From the NCBI RefSeq assembly GCF_964355755.1, contig NC_092671.1:4898001-4962000 (forward strand): a stretch of DNA of 64,000 bases, written 5' to 3'. The translations under genes were made by a program, and so were the position numbers. Shown here piece after piece: positions 15,604-28,800 of this stretch. Numbering within the stretch: the first letter of the stretch is position 1; each line of letters opens with the position of its first letter. Origin of the DNA: Antedon mediterranea (lineage: Eukaryota; Animalia; Echinodermata). The notes below the pieces were generated by a model, which made no database searches, was not told where the DNA came from, and worked only from the letters and a program-made list of their open reading frames with translations.

Positions 15604-15718
15604 CATTTCATTTCATTTATTTCATTTCATTTATTTCAATATCATTATCGCAGCCTTAGCTGAATTACAAAGATATTTACATTTGTTCAATATTAAAATT
15701 TGTAAAAAAGTATAAAAC
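15604..15718 (-). mobile_element. 5'-truncated retroposon tail inserted into the Academ right arm
   Basis: Absent from the left arm, flanked by CAATTAATT duplication (15595-15603 / 15719-15727), (TGAAA)n-like tail. Confidence 0.6.
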
Positions 15719-16595
15719 CAATTAATTACCGAAAACGTGACAAAAAATAGGCTTAAATCAATTTTTTTCTTTTCTTTTTTAATAGGGTGCTTAAAGCAGC
15801 GCTAAGTAAACATATTCATACTGATTTATCAGAAAAAAAAGTAACAATTATTTTATACATATAATTATTATTATATCGTTAGGCTACAGACCGCGTAAAC
15901 AGCTTTTTTTAATTTCATACCGCCGGTACATCTACAATTCGCAAAATGTACATACTAGTAATTATTTTTGGGGAAAACATCATAAATATATAATAAACCA
16001 AGTAATAATGCCCTTGATTCGATTCCTTCCTTAAATTGTATTTCTGAATGAATGAATATAACAACAAAAAGCTTGCAGTTTGAAGTGCGAGTGTATCAAT
16101 ACTTATAGAGGGCGCTATCACATTGTATGGAAGGTCACTTCAGATGACATGCAAAAATCACAATTTTCCTTTGTTTTTCATATTTATTTGACTTATTTTT
16201 TATCAAAATGACTTGTTATATATGTGATACATAATAATACAATGTAATACAGATAATTAATACCATATTCGTACATTTAAAATTCACTTTTTAATACGAA
16301 CGCAAATGTCGACAATGGCGTGTCATTCACTTATGCCCCATGACGTCATTTTTCGATGAAAACAAACCACGACGAAAGGAAGCAAAAACTGCGTATAAAA
16401 ACTTCATTTTCTCCACAAATCCCAACTTTTACGCGACGCAACATCAATAAATGATCTTTACATAATGTTTAGAACCTACGGTGAGAATCTCGTTGACTAC
16501 TAACGTTATGCAATGGTGAAGGTGATATTTTACTGGACTAATATGTCACAGATATATGACACATTATTTAATTAAAGTCCTTTTTTTTTTTGCAG

Positions 16596-16845
16596 AATCA
16601 AATATTATGTCAAAGAATGTCACCAGTAAAGAAGTTGACGGCAGTATGTCCGAACAGAAGGACGTCAGTTTGAATTCGGAAAATTTACCGTCACCCGGAA
16701 CTTCCGAGTCAGTTTCTATAGCAACGGAAAGACTACGTGCGTTGATACATCGAGTTGATAATGGTGATTTCGACGCGTACGCTTTACGGAGTACGCTGAA
16801 ATATGTTGCTGATGTTCTTGATTCAGTTCGACAAGATGAAAACAG
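16596..16845 (+). CDS. PDE1: PDE1 exon: first CaM-binding region
   Basis: ttttttgcAG acceptor and AG|GTAAA donor. ATERLRALIHRVDNGD...LKYVADVLDSVRQDENR resembles the PDE1 N-terminus. In-frame ATG at 16607. Confidence 0.85.
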
Positions 16846-19800
16846 GTAAAACAAAGTATATGTTTATTCTACTAATATTAGTTGGCACATTTGGCGTTTC
16901 ACACGTGTACTAACAAACATTGAAAAGCCTCGAAATTACTACATACTTGGGGCAAGTCTACATAGTGTGGTTACCACTACAGAACGCAGTAACAAGTTAT
17001 TTAACCAATCACGAGCGATTGGTCTTCTGAAATGTTACTTGTGATTGGTCAAATTACTTGAATTGCGCGTATTTCCTTTTTATTTGTTGCGTTCTTTTGT
17101 AAACGAGAAAAATGTCATTCCAATCCGTTGGGTTGCTTTACACCTTTCCACACGAAGCCATTACGATCACCAATTCAAGACATATGGTTGATGAATTTGT
17201 ATCTCCTCTTCAAGTTAATTATATTTTAAAATGCAGCAACACCGATATCTTTCAAATGCTGAAAGCAAATGACTATACGAAAGATGATTAAAAAATAACA
17301 TCCTTACTTCTTTCATTTCCTTTCAGTTTTGTTTGTGGATTTGACTGCTCATACGAATATTAACACGTAGTTAATCCATTAAGAGAAATGGAAGGAACAA
17401 ATGTTGTTAATAATAGTGCATAATATCATCACCTTAATGTTATTGACTTCAAATACTTTTTAAGTTCAAACGAGGTTGCAAACGGCTGATTTATATATAA
17501 CTGCATAGCGATTCAAAATAAACTGACGTTAATGCAGTATGGCGCATAATGAGGTGTTGACGGCTGTGGTATTGAAAAAAAAGACAATAGACTTAGAGCG
17601 CGGATATGAATGTTAGACGCATGAATGTGATGTGAGTGTACAGTGACTGTAATCATCATCAACAAATTTAACGATTCCTAATATAAAAGACGAGTTATAA
17701 GTTTTATAAAATGTTAATAATTTAGGCTTAATGTAACCATAGATTAATGAATATTCGTTAATCCACGATGTAACCCATATGGATTAGTGACACCACTGGG
17801 AAACACAGGCGCGCGTTCATAATCCGTATCATCATCATTACCACTATTTAAACGCGCGCGTACAAAAGCCGTTTCATTCTTATCAATCTTTGAACGCGTG
17901 CGTCTAGCGTTTATATCGTCATGGCGTCATTAAAATTCTAAGGATTGGTGGAATGGAATGGAATTGAAGATGGTTGTGCTTGTAAATAACGTCGAGGCAA
18001 TACAATTAGTTTGACGTGAATAGTGAATAAAAGTTTAATACGTTATCAACCTGAACGATGGTCGGTGTAACGTCTTCACCAAACATGCTCTTCTAATTAG
18101 TATGATTTCATGTTAGCGGCATTAAACGGTCAATGACTGAATGGATTGATTGAATGAATGAATTCTGAACCTACAATATAGATAATAAGATGCATGATCA
18201 TATACGATTGGGTGGCATTTGTTATTGTTAGCCTATTGTCTATTTTTTTAAAGGATAACACTTACGACGAAAATGTTGATATGAGGATACTGTGGTGATG
18301 ATATGATGATAATGATAAAGATTATGATTTTATGACTAATTATCGAAAACTAATCATTCGTTAATAAATGGTTTAATGGAAAATTGTGTTCTAAATGAAA
18401 AAGATTTTAATATTGATAGGCCTATCGATAACGATGTTGATAATGACAATGATCTGATGATTGTAGTGATGATGATGATTATTTTGAGGATGATCATCAT
18501 CCTCATAAGGTTGTTGATGATTATGTAATCGATTATGATGCTACGGTAATAATGATACGATTTTATGATAACGATAATGTTGATGTTGATAATGATGATA
18601 ATGACGATATCATGTTGCTAAAAGATACCCAGTGCGAGAGGATGAAAGTCAATAACAATACTGGTAGAGTTGAGACGCGTGCAGTGCATTATACAGTAGT
18701 CGTTGAATGTGATTAAAAAAACTCCATTGTCTAAATTCATGTAAATCTCTGTTCATTACAAGAGCTTACAACATAAATACATATCACGAATCCCTGTATC
18801 GACCTTGTATGTATAATGAGCTCATTATTTCATAGATGGCTCCAATATACTACGTTATAATGAAGCATATTGTCATGTTAATGTAAAATATGAATGATTG
18901 TTCTAAGGTCACACAACATTGCAAATACAAGCCAATTAAACCGTAATGTTAAATGTACAGCAGGCATGCGTTTTTTTTTATAATAGGCCTATAGTAGTAC
19001 AATAGAATGGTAGACGGAATAGAAGCTGTTAATGCTGCTCCATAATAGGCCATTATTAACCGAACCATAGACACTATTCTTTTTTTCAAAAGTATTATAT
19101 CCTGCAATCCGGCTGTCGGGTTGAATAGTTATCTAGCTTCCCATTCATTAGAAGACTAGTAGACATGATACCGTACGAGAATCGGTTACATATACAGTAG
19201 CCTATGTATGTAGGAGAAAGTTTGTCGTAAGCAAACACGACACAGCATATTGTTTATTGTCGGTAGAAAAATGATCATAGAATTCAATGTTTTACATCAC
19301 ATTGTTACTTTCAGGAAGGAGTTGGTTCAGTATCGGTATAAAAATCACACCTCTATTTAGACACAAAATAATATACTTCCCTTTACACTACTCTGTAGGT
19401 CCTAGACTGACGTGCTTCTACTTAATATAGTAAATAGATAAATATTTTGGCACATATGACGTTTCAGAAGCTCAGAAACTCATTTCTCATCATGTGTTTA
19501 CAATATAAATGCCGACTGGTGGACAAACATGAAAAGGACAAATAGGTACAGACTTTTGGGACAAGTTTAAAACACTATCGCGTTTTGATGATGAACAACT
19601 CTAAAATGTATATAGGAAATGTTTTTTTTTATTTTGTATCTATTATGTTGTGTTTATTGTTTTATGTTTTTTATGTAAAAGGGTCCTGCGAAAACAGAAG
19701 TGTAAACTTCTCTATGCAGGATCCTTGCCATCATTTATGCTATGAAACTGTATTTATAAAGGATGAGTAAATAAATGTGAATTGAATTGAACAAGTCTAT

Positions 19801-22800
19801 TACTCAATTTATCATACAGATCATGGAGAAATAAGTTATTTCTCTATGTACGTGTACTGTAATGTATGCCTAATTGACATTGTCCTTCGCGACAGACGTC
19901 GGCCATAAATAAATAAAAATATATGATAATTTCATCATTTCATTTCAATTTAATCTATTAATCATTTCAGAATGGGACTATATCTAAATAATGACGAAGA
20001 TTGTTTATCAGAAGTTCCTGCAGAAGAGATCCCAGATCAAGTACGTGATTGGTTAACGTCAACATTCTGTCGTCCTAATGTTAGATCACGTGGTCCAACG
20101 GATGAGAAGCCTCGTTTTAAGAGTATCGTTCAAGCTTTACGCACTGGCATGTTCCTCGATAGGTATAACACATCTTTTTTAAGTCGTCTTGTTAATACTG
20201 CCATCTTTACCTAAAAAATAACTGCAAGTGAGAAAATTATATGAATTTAGAAAATGCATTTAATGAAAGTTTTAAAATTCCGTTTGATTCTTAATTAGCG
20301 AATAATATTGTAAACATAATTTATTTGGTTTTCTTTACAATAAGTTAACAAAGCTCTGAGCTATTGAATGTCAATGCTAAATTGTAATATATTCAATGTT
20401 ATAGCTTTGCATAAAATATACAAGTGATACTATAATTGCCAATATGTTTGTATTTACCAAATTATCGCATGATTGTAAATATAAATATTGGCTTTCTTCT
20501 TAAACATAGCTTCGAGCTCTCGAGTATCAATAAAATGCAAAATTGTAATGATTCAATATTATGTACAGTATATATATCTTTACATTAACACGTGTGATAT
20601 ATAATTGCTAATGTTTGTGTTAATGATGTTAACAAACTTTTAAGACAATTACATTAACAACCTCGCATAAATGCAATCAAATACTGAAAAGGAATTTAGA
20701 AAGGACTCCTCCTTATGTTATTAGTGGATATACTTTTAACAACAAGGTCATTTGGTTAGTAAAACAGTTTATGCAATGATGTACATTATGTATTTGAAAG
20801 TGTACGGTGTTTGTCTCCACAGAATGTTTCGGCGAGCATCGGGTTTAGCAGGCGTGTCCTACGCCCCATCTTTGTCTATTAGATTCAAGGTAAACAGTAT
20901 ACCGTACCTTTTAATACAATGTAGTCTAGTTATAGTTGTATTTCAACTTAACATTGGTAAAATTATCAATATTTTGGCACACGTGGCGTTTCATATTGTA
21001 ATACTTGAGCTCGAAATATTACCAGACGACTCAATGGAAGCCACTTGTAGTCAATTCAATTTTTACGTCACATCTAATACACATACTTATATAACTATAG
21101 TAATTTTACAAAATATGAATTCTAGAGAGAATTTTACAATTCAGTACTATTTTTGTCGCAGCCATACATAAAGATCAAACTTGATTCAATGATGGCATAT
21201 TTGACAAGCGTTAAACCATGACACTCTTTTGCCACATAATCCGTGTTCCTGAGCAGATCGTAAAGTTCGCGCTCGTAACAATTTCAATCTCTTTTAATTT
21301 CTAATGTATATTAGTCATAAAGTCCCATAGAAATAGTTAGAATTCCAACGGCAAAATCTATATTAACTAATTATTCCAAGTTAAAACGCGTCATTAGAAA
21401 ATTTATGACGCATTTCAGATGTTTGCACAGTTGGTCCAATGAATCGAGAAAAATGAATCGACTTGTCGTTATGTACAGCAGTATGGGTGTCTATACTTGG
21501 AAATTCGTGTTCAGATTCGAACATTGTTTTTATTAACTTGAGTTTGTGTAAATAATGCATGGTCTCATGGGTGTGAACAAGGAGATAGAATCAATTGCGA
21601 ATTAATGGAATTATTCGTGTGGAACTATATAGCGAAGTGCGTTTTGATGCAAAAGACGAAACGAAAATATTATACGAACATCAATCTCCTTAATGAAATA
21701 GAAATTGGAAATTCAATACGAAATACATTGCTTTTAGGAATAGAATTGTGAGATGTGACTGTTTAGAATTCGTACACATCATATACACATTGTATCTAGC
21801 CTCCCTAGAACAAGTGTATCCAATAGCATAGTTTAGACAGATTTTTGAATTATAATGTTCGAAATAATTATTATAAGGTTAACTTCAGTAGGCCAATCGA
21901 TAATAAAATCGTATTGATTATAAAAGCGTGATATTATTATATAGGCCTATCTCTATTTGACTACATCAATGCTTGCTTGATTGATCGCTCTCGATTTATA
22001 ATCAATCGATTGCTAAATCAACTGATTTATTTCAACAGTTGTTGGCTAGTTGTTGGTTGGCAATAGTGAAGATGTCACGAAGAATTGCACTGTGATATCA
22101 ATAAAAAATAAATTGTGTTCATACACCAATTAAGATCGTGATTAAGTTCTGGAACTCAAAATAAGCAAACCTACAGTGGCGGATTCAGTGGGCCCAGCCG
22201 GCCCGGGCCTCCCCACAACTTAATTTGAGACCCAGTAAAGTGTAATTTGTAAGTGAGAAAGAATACATTTCCAATGTTCATTTCATAGAAAATTGTCCCC
22301 TAAATAGAGCTTCTAAACAGTAAAATATTTAAAACAATAGTAGGTTGGTCGTTGGGCATCGAAAGCTCCCTATTGCTAAATATTTTCAGTCCTGTTTTTG
22401 TTTTTAATTGCTTCTATCAAATTAATGATGTGAGATGCATAACTTTCTCATTTACAATATTGTGAATAACGTAGTATTCGATTATGAATACAAATGATTA
22501 TTTTTATGTTATTCTTGGCAATTACGTTCCGTAGTGTAATTAAACTATTTAAGGCACGTCACGTTTTAATGGATGACTGATAACGTGTTTTTATGGAAAG
22601 GAATAGGGTAATTGAAGCATTTTGAATTTGGTTTTGCCGTAGCCTTACAACCCATAATGCCCTCGTTTGTTCCACTCGGCATCCTCATAGAATAATGAAG
22701 AACAAAAAATAGACAAAGTTATCCATGGTTTGTTTCAATAACCTTTCTGCGTTTGTTGAAACCTTTGCATAAACCAAGGATAGTGTTAAATTATTTTCTG

Positions 22801-25800
22801 AGAATGACATTAGAATCTTGATGGATAATGCAGTTGCATTTTGTGTTAAAATATTGACTAAATGGCAAGTAATCATTTTACGTATTATGTAATGAATACA
22901 CAGATTATGAAATGAATGAATTACAGTAGTTCATTGAGCGGCTGTAACTGCACCGGCATCAAATGTACGACTTACAGAAGCCGTACTATTATAGTTATCA
23001 GCGTTGAACGCGCGCGTGTAAAAGCAGTACTAATCAGCTTTTGAACTTGCGCGTATAAAACCCGTACAGTTACTATCACCTTTTGAACGTGCGCGTAAAA
23101 CAACCCTATAATTATCAGCATTTGAACACGCGAGTATAAATCCCGTGCAGTTTATTATCAGCATTTGAACGCGCTTGCAAAAGAGCTGTACAATCAATTA
23201 TCAGCATTTGAACGCGCGGGTTAAAATATATGTCTTACAATAACACTATGATGTTGAATTTTCAGACTGTAGATGACTGGAATTTTGATGTGTTTGCCTT
23301 GAATGACGAAACCGAAAATCATGCTCTGAAATATACCACGTATGAGTTATTTACTAGATACGATCTAATTAATAAATTCAAGGTAAGAACCATTTTAAAT
23401 TTAATTCATAATTATATTGAAAACCCCGAATTATGTCAGGTCAAATTAATGTTAAGGAGAGAAGAATGTTATTTGCCGAATGGTAAACTATGGATGTTAA
23501 CGGTCACACAAAAGGTAAGGAGATGATAATAATGATGATGATAATTTGAATGATTCCGGAATACCTGCCACAGATGGAAGAGTGTACTTGATTCTTGAGG
23601 GAGAGCGAGACACACGTTGATCATTATTTTTAAACTCTAGCGCTTAGATGTTGATGCTTATTATGTCTGTTATTCACTGTCAAACGATGAAACTGTTATG
23701 CTATCTGGAGATTCAAAATTAATTTGACCGTTGGCGATTAAACTTGTGACCTATCGCTCAGAACGTGGTTCGATTGCTTTTTTTTACGAAATAGTAATTT
23801 GACAATTCATTTTAAAATGTTATAAAACATGCTTCTCCCTGCTTTATTTATGAATTTTGCTGGTGGTATATAAATAGATGATATAATCGATCCTATTGTA
23901 TACCAATTGTATGCGACCTATGGCGTTTATATTCACGTATACGCCATACAGAATATACAATGATATTCAATGACTGAAGAAACTCAGTTTAGATTCACTC
24001 ATCTTTGACATTAATTTATTTGGCTTTATATGCCCTAATTAAAATATTCTAGTTGACGTTAGAGACGAAATGCCACGTTTACAATAACAGAAGGGAACAT
24101 TTGTTTAAATAAACCTGCGAATACTGTGAAAAGGATAAAACCACATGCCGAAAAGAAGCTCATTGCTATGTGCTTCTGTGTTAGTACTCATTGCTGGGCT
24201 TCTATTCGAGATGAGATCTATTGGAAGTTACCTTCTTTTGAAAACTAAGGAGAGAGGTTCTTTTCGAAATGAATGCTGTACATTTTGTGAATTTCTACTA
24301 AAATATTATACATTTTTAGACATCTTGGTTAAAGTTTCCCTGTCGATTTTACATATTTTGTCAATGAAGCAGACAAAGAAGATGCGATCAAAGCACTATT
24401 TGGAAGACAATAAACTATAAAATAAATGTTATACACGATACATTATTTATCATCAGTCTGATCTCTTAAGCAAGCAGTGTTTGTTATTTCTGTTCCCCGA
24501 CTTCCATGTTAACATGGACTATACACTCGTTATACAGTATTAGTACTATCTCGAAAAGAAGCCTATACATACTATCTTGAAAAGAAGCCCAGGTGGCCTC
24601 ATTTCGAGATAAGCTTCTTTTCGAGATTACTTTTCCAAACATACCAAGGAAGGGCTTCTTTTCGAGATTGGCTTCTTTTCGATAAGAACACTTTGTGAGC
24701 TTCTTTTAGTGGACGTTTTACGGTAAATATAACAGGGCAACTGCATGCTTCGAATTTGATTGTTGGGTAGATATAGATATAAGCTCATACCACTTTTTTT
24801 CTGATGACATTGAAAGAAATCGAAAGAGCGATCATAGAATGTTAATGATTCCTCCAAAAAATCAGTAAATTTCCTATGTTTTACTTATTTCACACAATGC
24901 TCGTTGCGCATCGCCGCTTTTTGGAAAATTGAGCGTTATTATTATGATGTTTGCGAATTATTGTATAGGCCTAATGATAGAATTTTTTTTTTTTATTTCG
25001 GGCTTAAACCCCCGGATTTACCCTTTAAGGTCACATATATTGGAGATTATTGCAACAAGATCAATAAGTACAACTTTGCATGAAAATATCTATAGATTGC
25101 GGATGTGCTAAATAATATATCGAGCGACTCGACTTTTTCGTAATTCATGAGAGGTTTTTAAACTCTTAAACTGATTCTATTCGTATTACTCATCATGTAC
25201 ACCATTTATTTTATTCTTTTGCAATCTTACTTTATTAATCATCATTTATTATCTTATAGAACGAGTGATAAATCAGAATGGAATTTCATTTATTTAATGA
25301 ATTACATTTAGTTTCAGGCATATTGGCTCTGTTCTTTAAACTGATGATTAAAGATGTTTGCGATATTTTATATGTTAATTATAATTATCCCCGTGGACTG
25401 TGTGTACCGTGTGCCGTGATGATTGAGTAAAACATATATAGGAAATTATCGATTTAAAATTAGTTATTTTCGTCGTGATCGTCAGTTTGTTCTTTTAATA
25501 ACGTAATTACGTCATAAGTTACAGTTTATTTTTATAGAGGTTTATTAGTGATAATCTATTGCTGAACGACGTTTATACTGTACTGAACCATGTGCAAATG
25601 GAATTTGTTTATGCTTTAACTTACCATCATCAGTCGATCAATGAAGTTTCCTCAATTCCTCATACGCCCATCCTTTCTTCTCCACATCGTCTTGGTTTAT
25701 CTCTATTTTTTTCAAATGTATTCATAAACACGATGTGTGTATTTGTTCCAGTGTTTCGAACATTAGGAAGCGCCCGATTCTCACACGGTATTATGTCTAG

Positions 25801-28800
25801 CGACACTAAACGGCATGCTGTTTCTTGTCTGCTGAATACAATCTTTGGCACATGTGTGTTAATGTTTATGTATTTATACATGCATTGCACTGTTTTATTA
25901 TTTACTTTCCTTTTTGTTTGCAGATACCGTCGTCTGCTTTACACGCATTTCTTGACGTCATGGAAGCAGGCTATCAGAGGTATAGGAACCCGTATCACAA
26001 CCATGTTCACGCGGCAGACGTACTCCAAACTGTTCATCACATTATTGTAAAAATGGGAATTGTGGTAATGCTTTATTTGATTTAAAACGTAACAAAGAGA
26101 CGAAAACGCTGGCGTGCGCGTTTAGACTATGATACTTTGTATCGGAACGGTTTTTGTACGCGCGCGTAAACTTCATGTCTTTTTGTGATGTAACTAACGT
26201 GATACGTGCAAATCATGTTCTTGTTATGCTCTATAGCAAACATTTCATGACTGTGAAAATTTACCATTCAATAAACATTCCGGGAAATTCGATATTAAAT
26301 GCCAATAGATAAAAACAGTTTCTGTTAGTCGCCTTTTACCTTTAATATTTTTTTGCAGCTTAGGCTAGCCTACAGTAATTAATATACGATGTATTTATTA
26401 TTAATAAATTAATTCGTTTCGGTTTCTAATAAAAATGTTATTTCAGCGTTTTCATGAATATTGATGTATTCAGTGTATAGAAACAGTCGACTATTATGAT
26501 AATAATAATATTCATCTAATCACGTGCTGTAGGCTTGTCCTGTCACAAACAACGTATTATCATCAATCATGGCCTTTTCTTGCAATATTAAAGAAAGCCT
26601 ATGTTTACACGTTCTTTTCCCAACTCTGTCAATCAGTTGGTTTAACTCGGTAGCTCTGCGTTAACACGTATGGTGGTAAAAGGGAGGTATAAAAATAATA
26701 ATTATTTTTATACCTCCCTGGTGGTATGGTATATCGGATGTAGCTCTGAAACATATCGTAGTTATGGGAGGTAAATTACGTCTGATGATTCAGATCAGCT
26801 TAAACCCGTTCCTTTAAGCCAGGGTTTAGGAAACACATCTTCGTATTTTACAACATTAGTTTTATCTTTTCTGCTTTAGCATTGGTTGAGTGATTTGGAG
26901 ATTCTGTCAGCGTTACTGGCAGCATTAATACATGATTATGAACACACGGGTACTTCAAACGCATTTCATGCAAATACAAGGTATCGTTGTCTTCATGGTT
27001 ATGATGTTTACCCAAAATACTTAAATTACCAACACAGTTACACTATTCCCTGATTTGAACCATATTTTCGTTCTCATTAGAGTAAAGGGATTGTTTTTTG
27101 TGTGTTTTCGGCATGTCATTGCGGGGTCATTGCCTTATAAACTTGCCTCAAGTATTAATTTTATATTGTTTCTGTTTTTATTCTAGTTCGATTTTTGTCT
27201 TTTGTATGTATTAAACGTATGAAACGCCATGTATGCCAAAATGTTTATTTTTTTCCAAATTCGAATCGCCTTCTACAACCCAGAATACTATAACAAGTGT
27301 CATCATGATATTGCAAATTATTAGTCGGTCAATTTTAATAAACTCTTAAGCCGCCCATTTGTTGTTTGATTCATAAAGCCAGTTATTACTTCAATTCAAT
27401 TCTGTAAATGTGTAAAGTGAATTACATTGCATAATGAATGTAACCTTATGCTTAAATGTCAGCTAGTTATTATCGTTGATTTCCGGTAATTATATTTACA
27501 TAGTGAAGATAAATTGTGCATAGCAAGCGAGGTTGTGTAAATGTCTATGTAGGTTATATGATTCAAGTGATAATCACACTGACATTTTCTATGCATAATG
27601 TTATTTTGGTACTGTATCTACACTTTTCCTTCCCAGTGTCGTGGGTCCGTTCAGGTTTAGTGATATTTGGCCATATCACTACCATATTCGGGCACATCAC
27701 ACTTTTTGTGTCAAACTAGTTACGTAGTGTAGTGTAGACAGAGCTTTAGTCATTTACCCGTGTAGGTTAGTTATTTACCCGGGTATGTTGAATATATATC
27801 CGGGTAAGTTATTTATTTAAACGAGTAAGTTATTTATTTACCCGTTTAAGCGTGGTTCCCACAAGCGACGCAACGCAAGGACGTAACGCAATGCAAGTGA
27901 ATTGACCAATCACAAGCGAATATGATTGCTAACTGTCTATTACTTCGCTTGTCATTGGTTAAAACGTTTGCGTTGCGTTTTAGTCCTTGCGTTACGTTCT
28001 AGTGGGAACCAAGCTTAAGTTATCTATTTACTCGGGTAAGTTAGTTATTTAGATGAAAGATGCATTGTGCATAGCAAGCAACGTTGTGTTTCTATATTTG
28101 AATCATAATAGATTAAAATTATAATCACAGTTTGAAATTTTTCTTTTTTTTAAACTATGGTCAGCTTCTATTCAGGGGACACCTTAAAGTGTCCCGTTAA
28201 CAAAGTTTTTACTTTAGTTATCAATTGTAATCTTTTCACTTCATTCTTACAATACCTTTTCCTTTGTTTTCTAATTTCAGTACAAATGTAGCGTTATTGT
28301 ACAATGATCGAGCAGTCTTAGAAAACCACCATATTAGCAGTACATTCCGAATTTTACGAGACGAAGATAAAAATATTCTAGTAAATCTATCAAGGGAAGA
28401 TTTCAGGTAACGTTAGTTGTTATTATTACAGTCTTACTGTCTTCTTTAATAAATATTTACTCTATGTCAGGTAATCTTCCCTTCTCCGCCAATGATTATG
28501 TTTTTCATAACAAACACACACATTATCCTCCGGTAGTTACTCTGGCCAAATGACGGCGTAAGACTCATTTTACACCAATGTTAATTTTATGTTTTCTGGA
28601 TGATAATATTATTAGGCTTAGTTTTAATGACAGTAATAATGTGTATCAAATTGTTACTTGGGCTGCCTATCCCAGGATCCTAGTTCCAATCATGCATTTC
28701 ATACAGGAACAAAACAACCCACTCCTTCGTTACGTTTATTTATTTGACCAGCATAAAATCAATACAATTCAAATATACGAAAATATATGAAAAATAGATG

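Larger units (their letters stand above)
13706..16540. mobile_element. Non-autonomous Academ-type DNA transposon, near-complete palindrome
   Basis: Termini TAGTCCAGTAAAAT...ATTTTACTGGACTA with a 3-bp ATA duplication. ~820-bp near-identical arms. Internal XPG-like transposase remnant (LGLHAFTKCSTTSAFKGKGK; FPPSRRCLHQH; PKPQNNNGW). Confidence 0.85.

Noticed and set aside
14125-16121. Two identical 68-aa ORFs on opposite strands (MIAPSISID...)
   Set aside because: By-product of the Academ inverted arms; GTG start, no protein features
22174-22215. hAT-like left end CAGTGGCGGATT
   Set aside because: No matching right end or TSD found
24140-25028. Cluster of TCGAAAAGAAGC direct/inverted repeats and a CCCTTTAA end
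   Set aside because: Probably TE subterminal repeats, but the boundaries could not be defined
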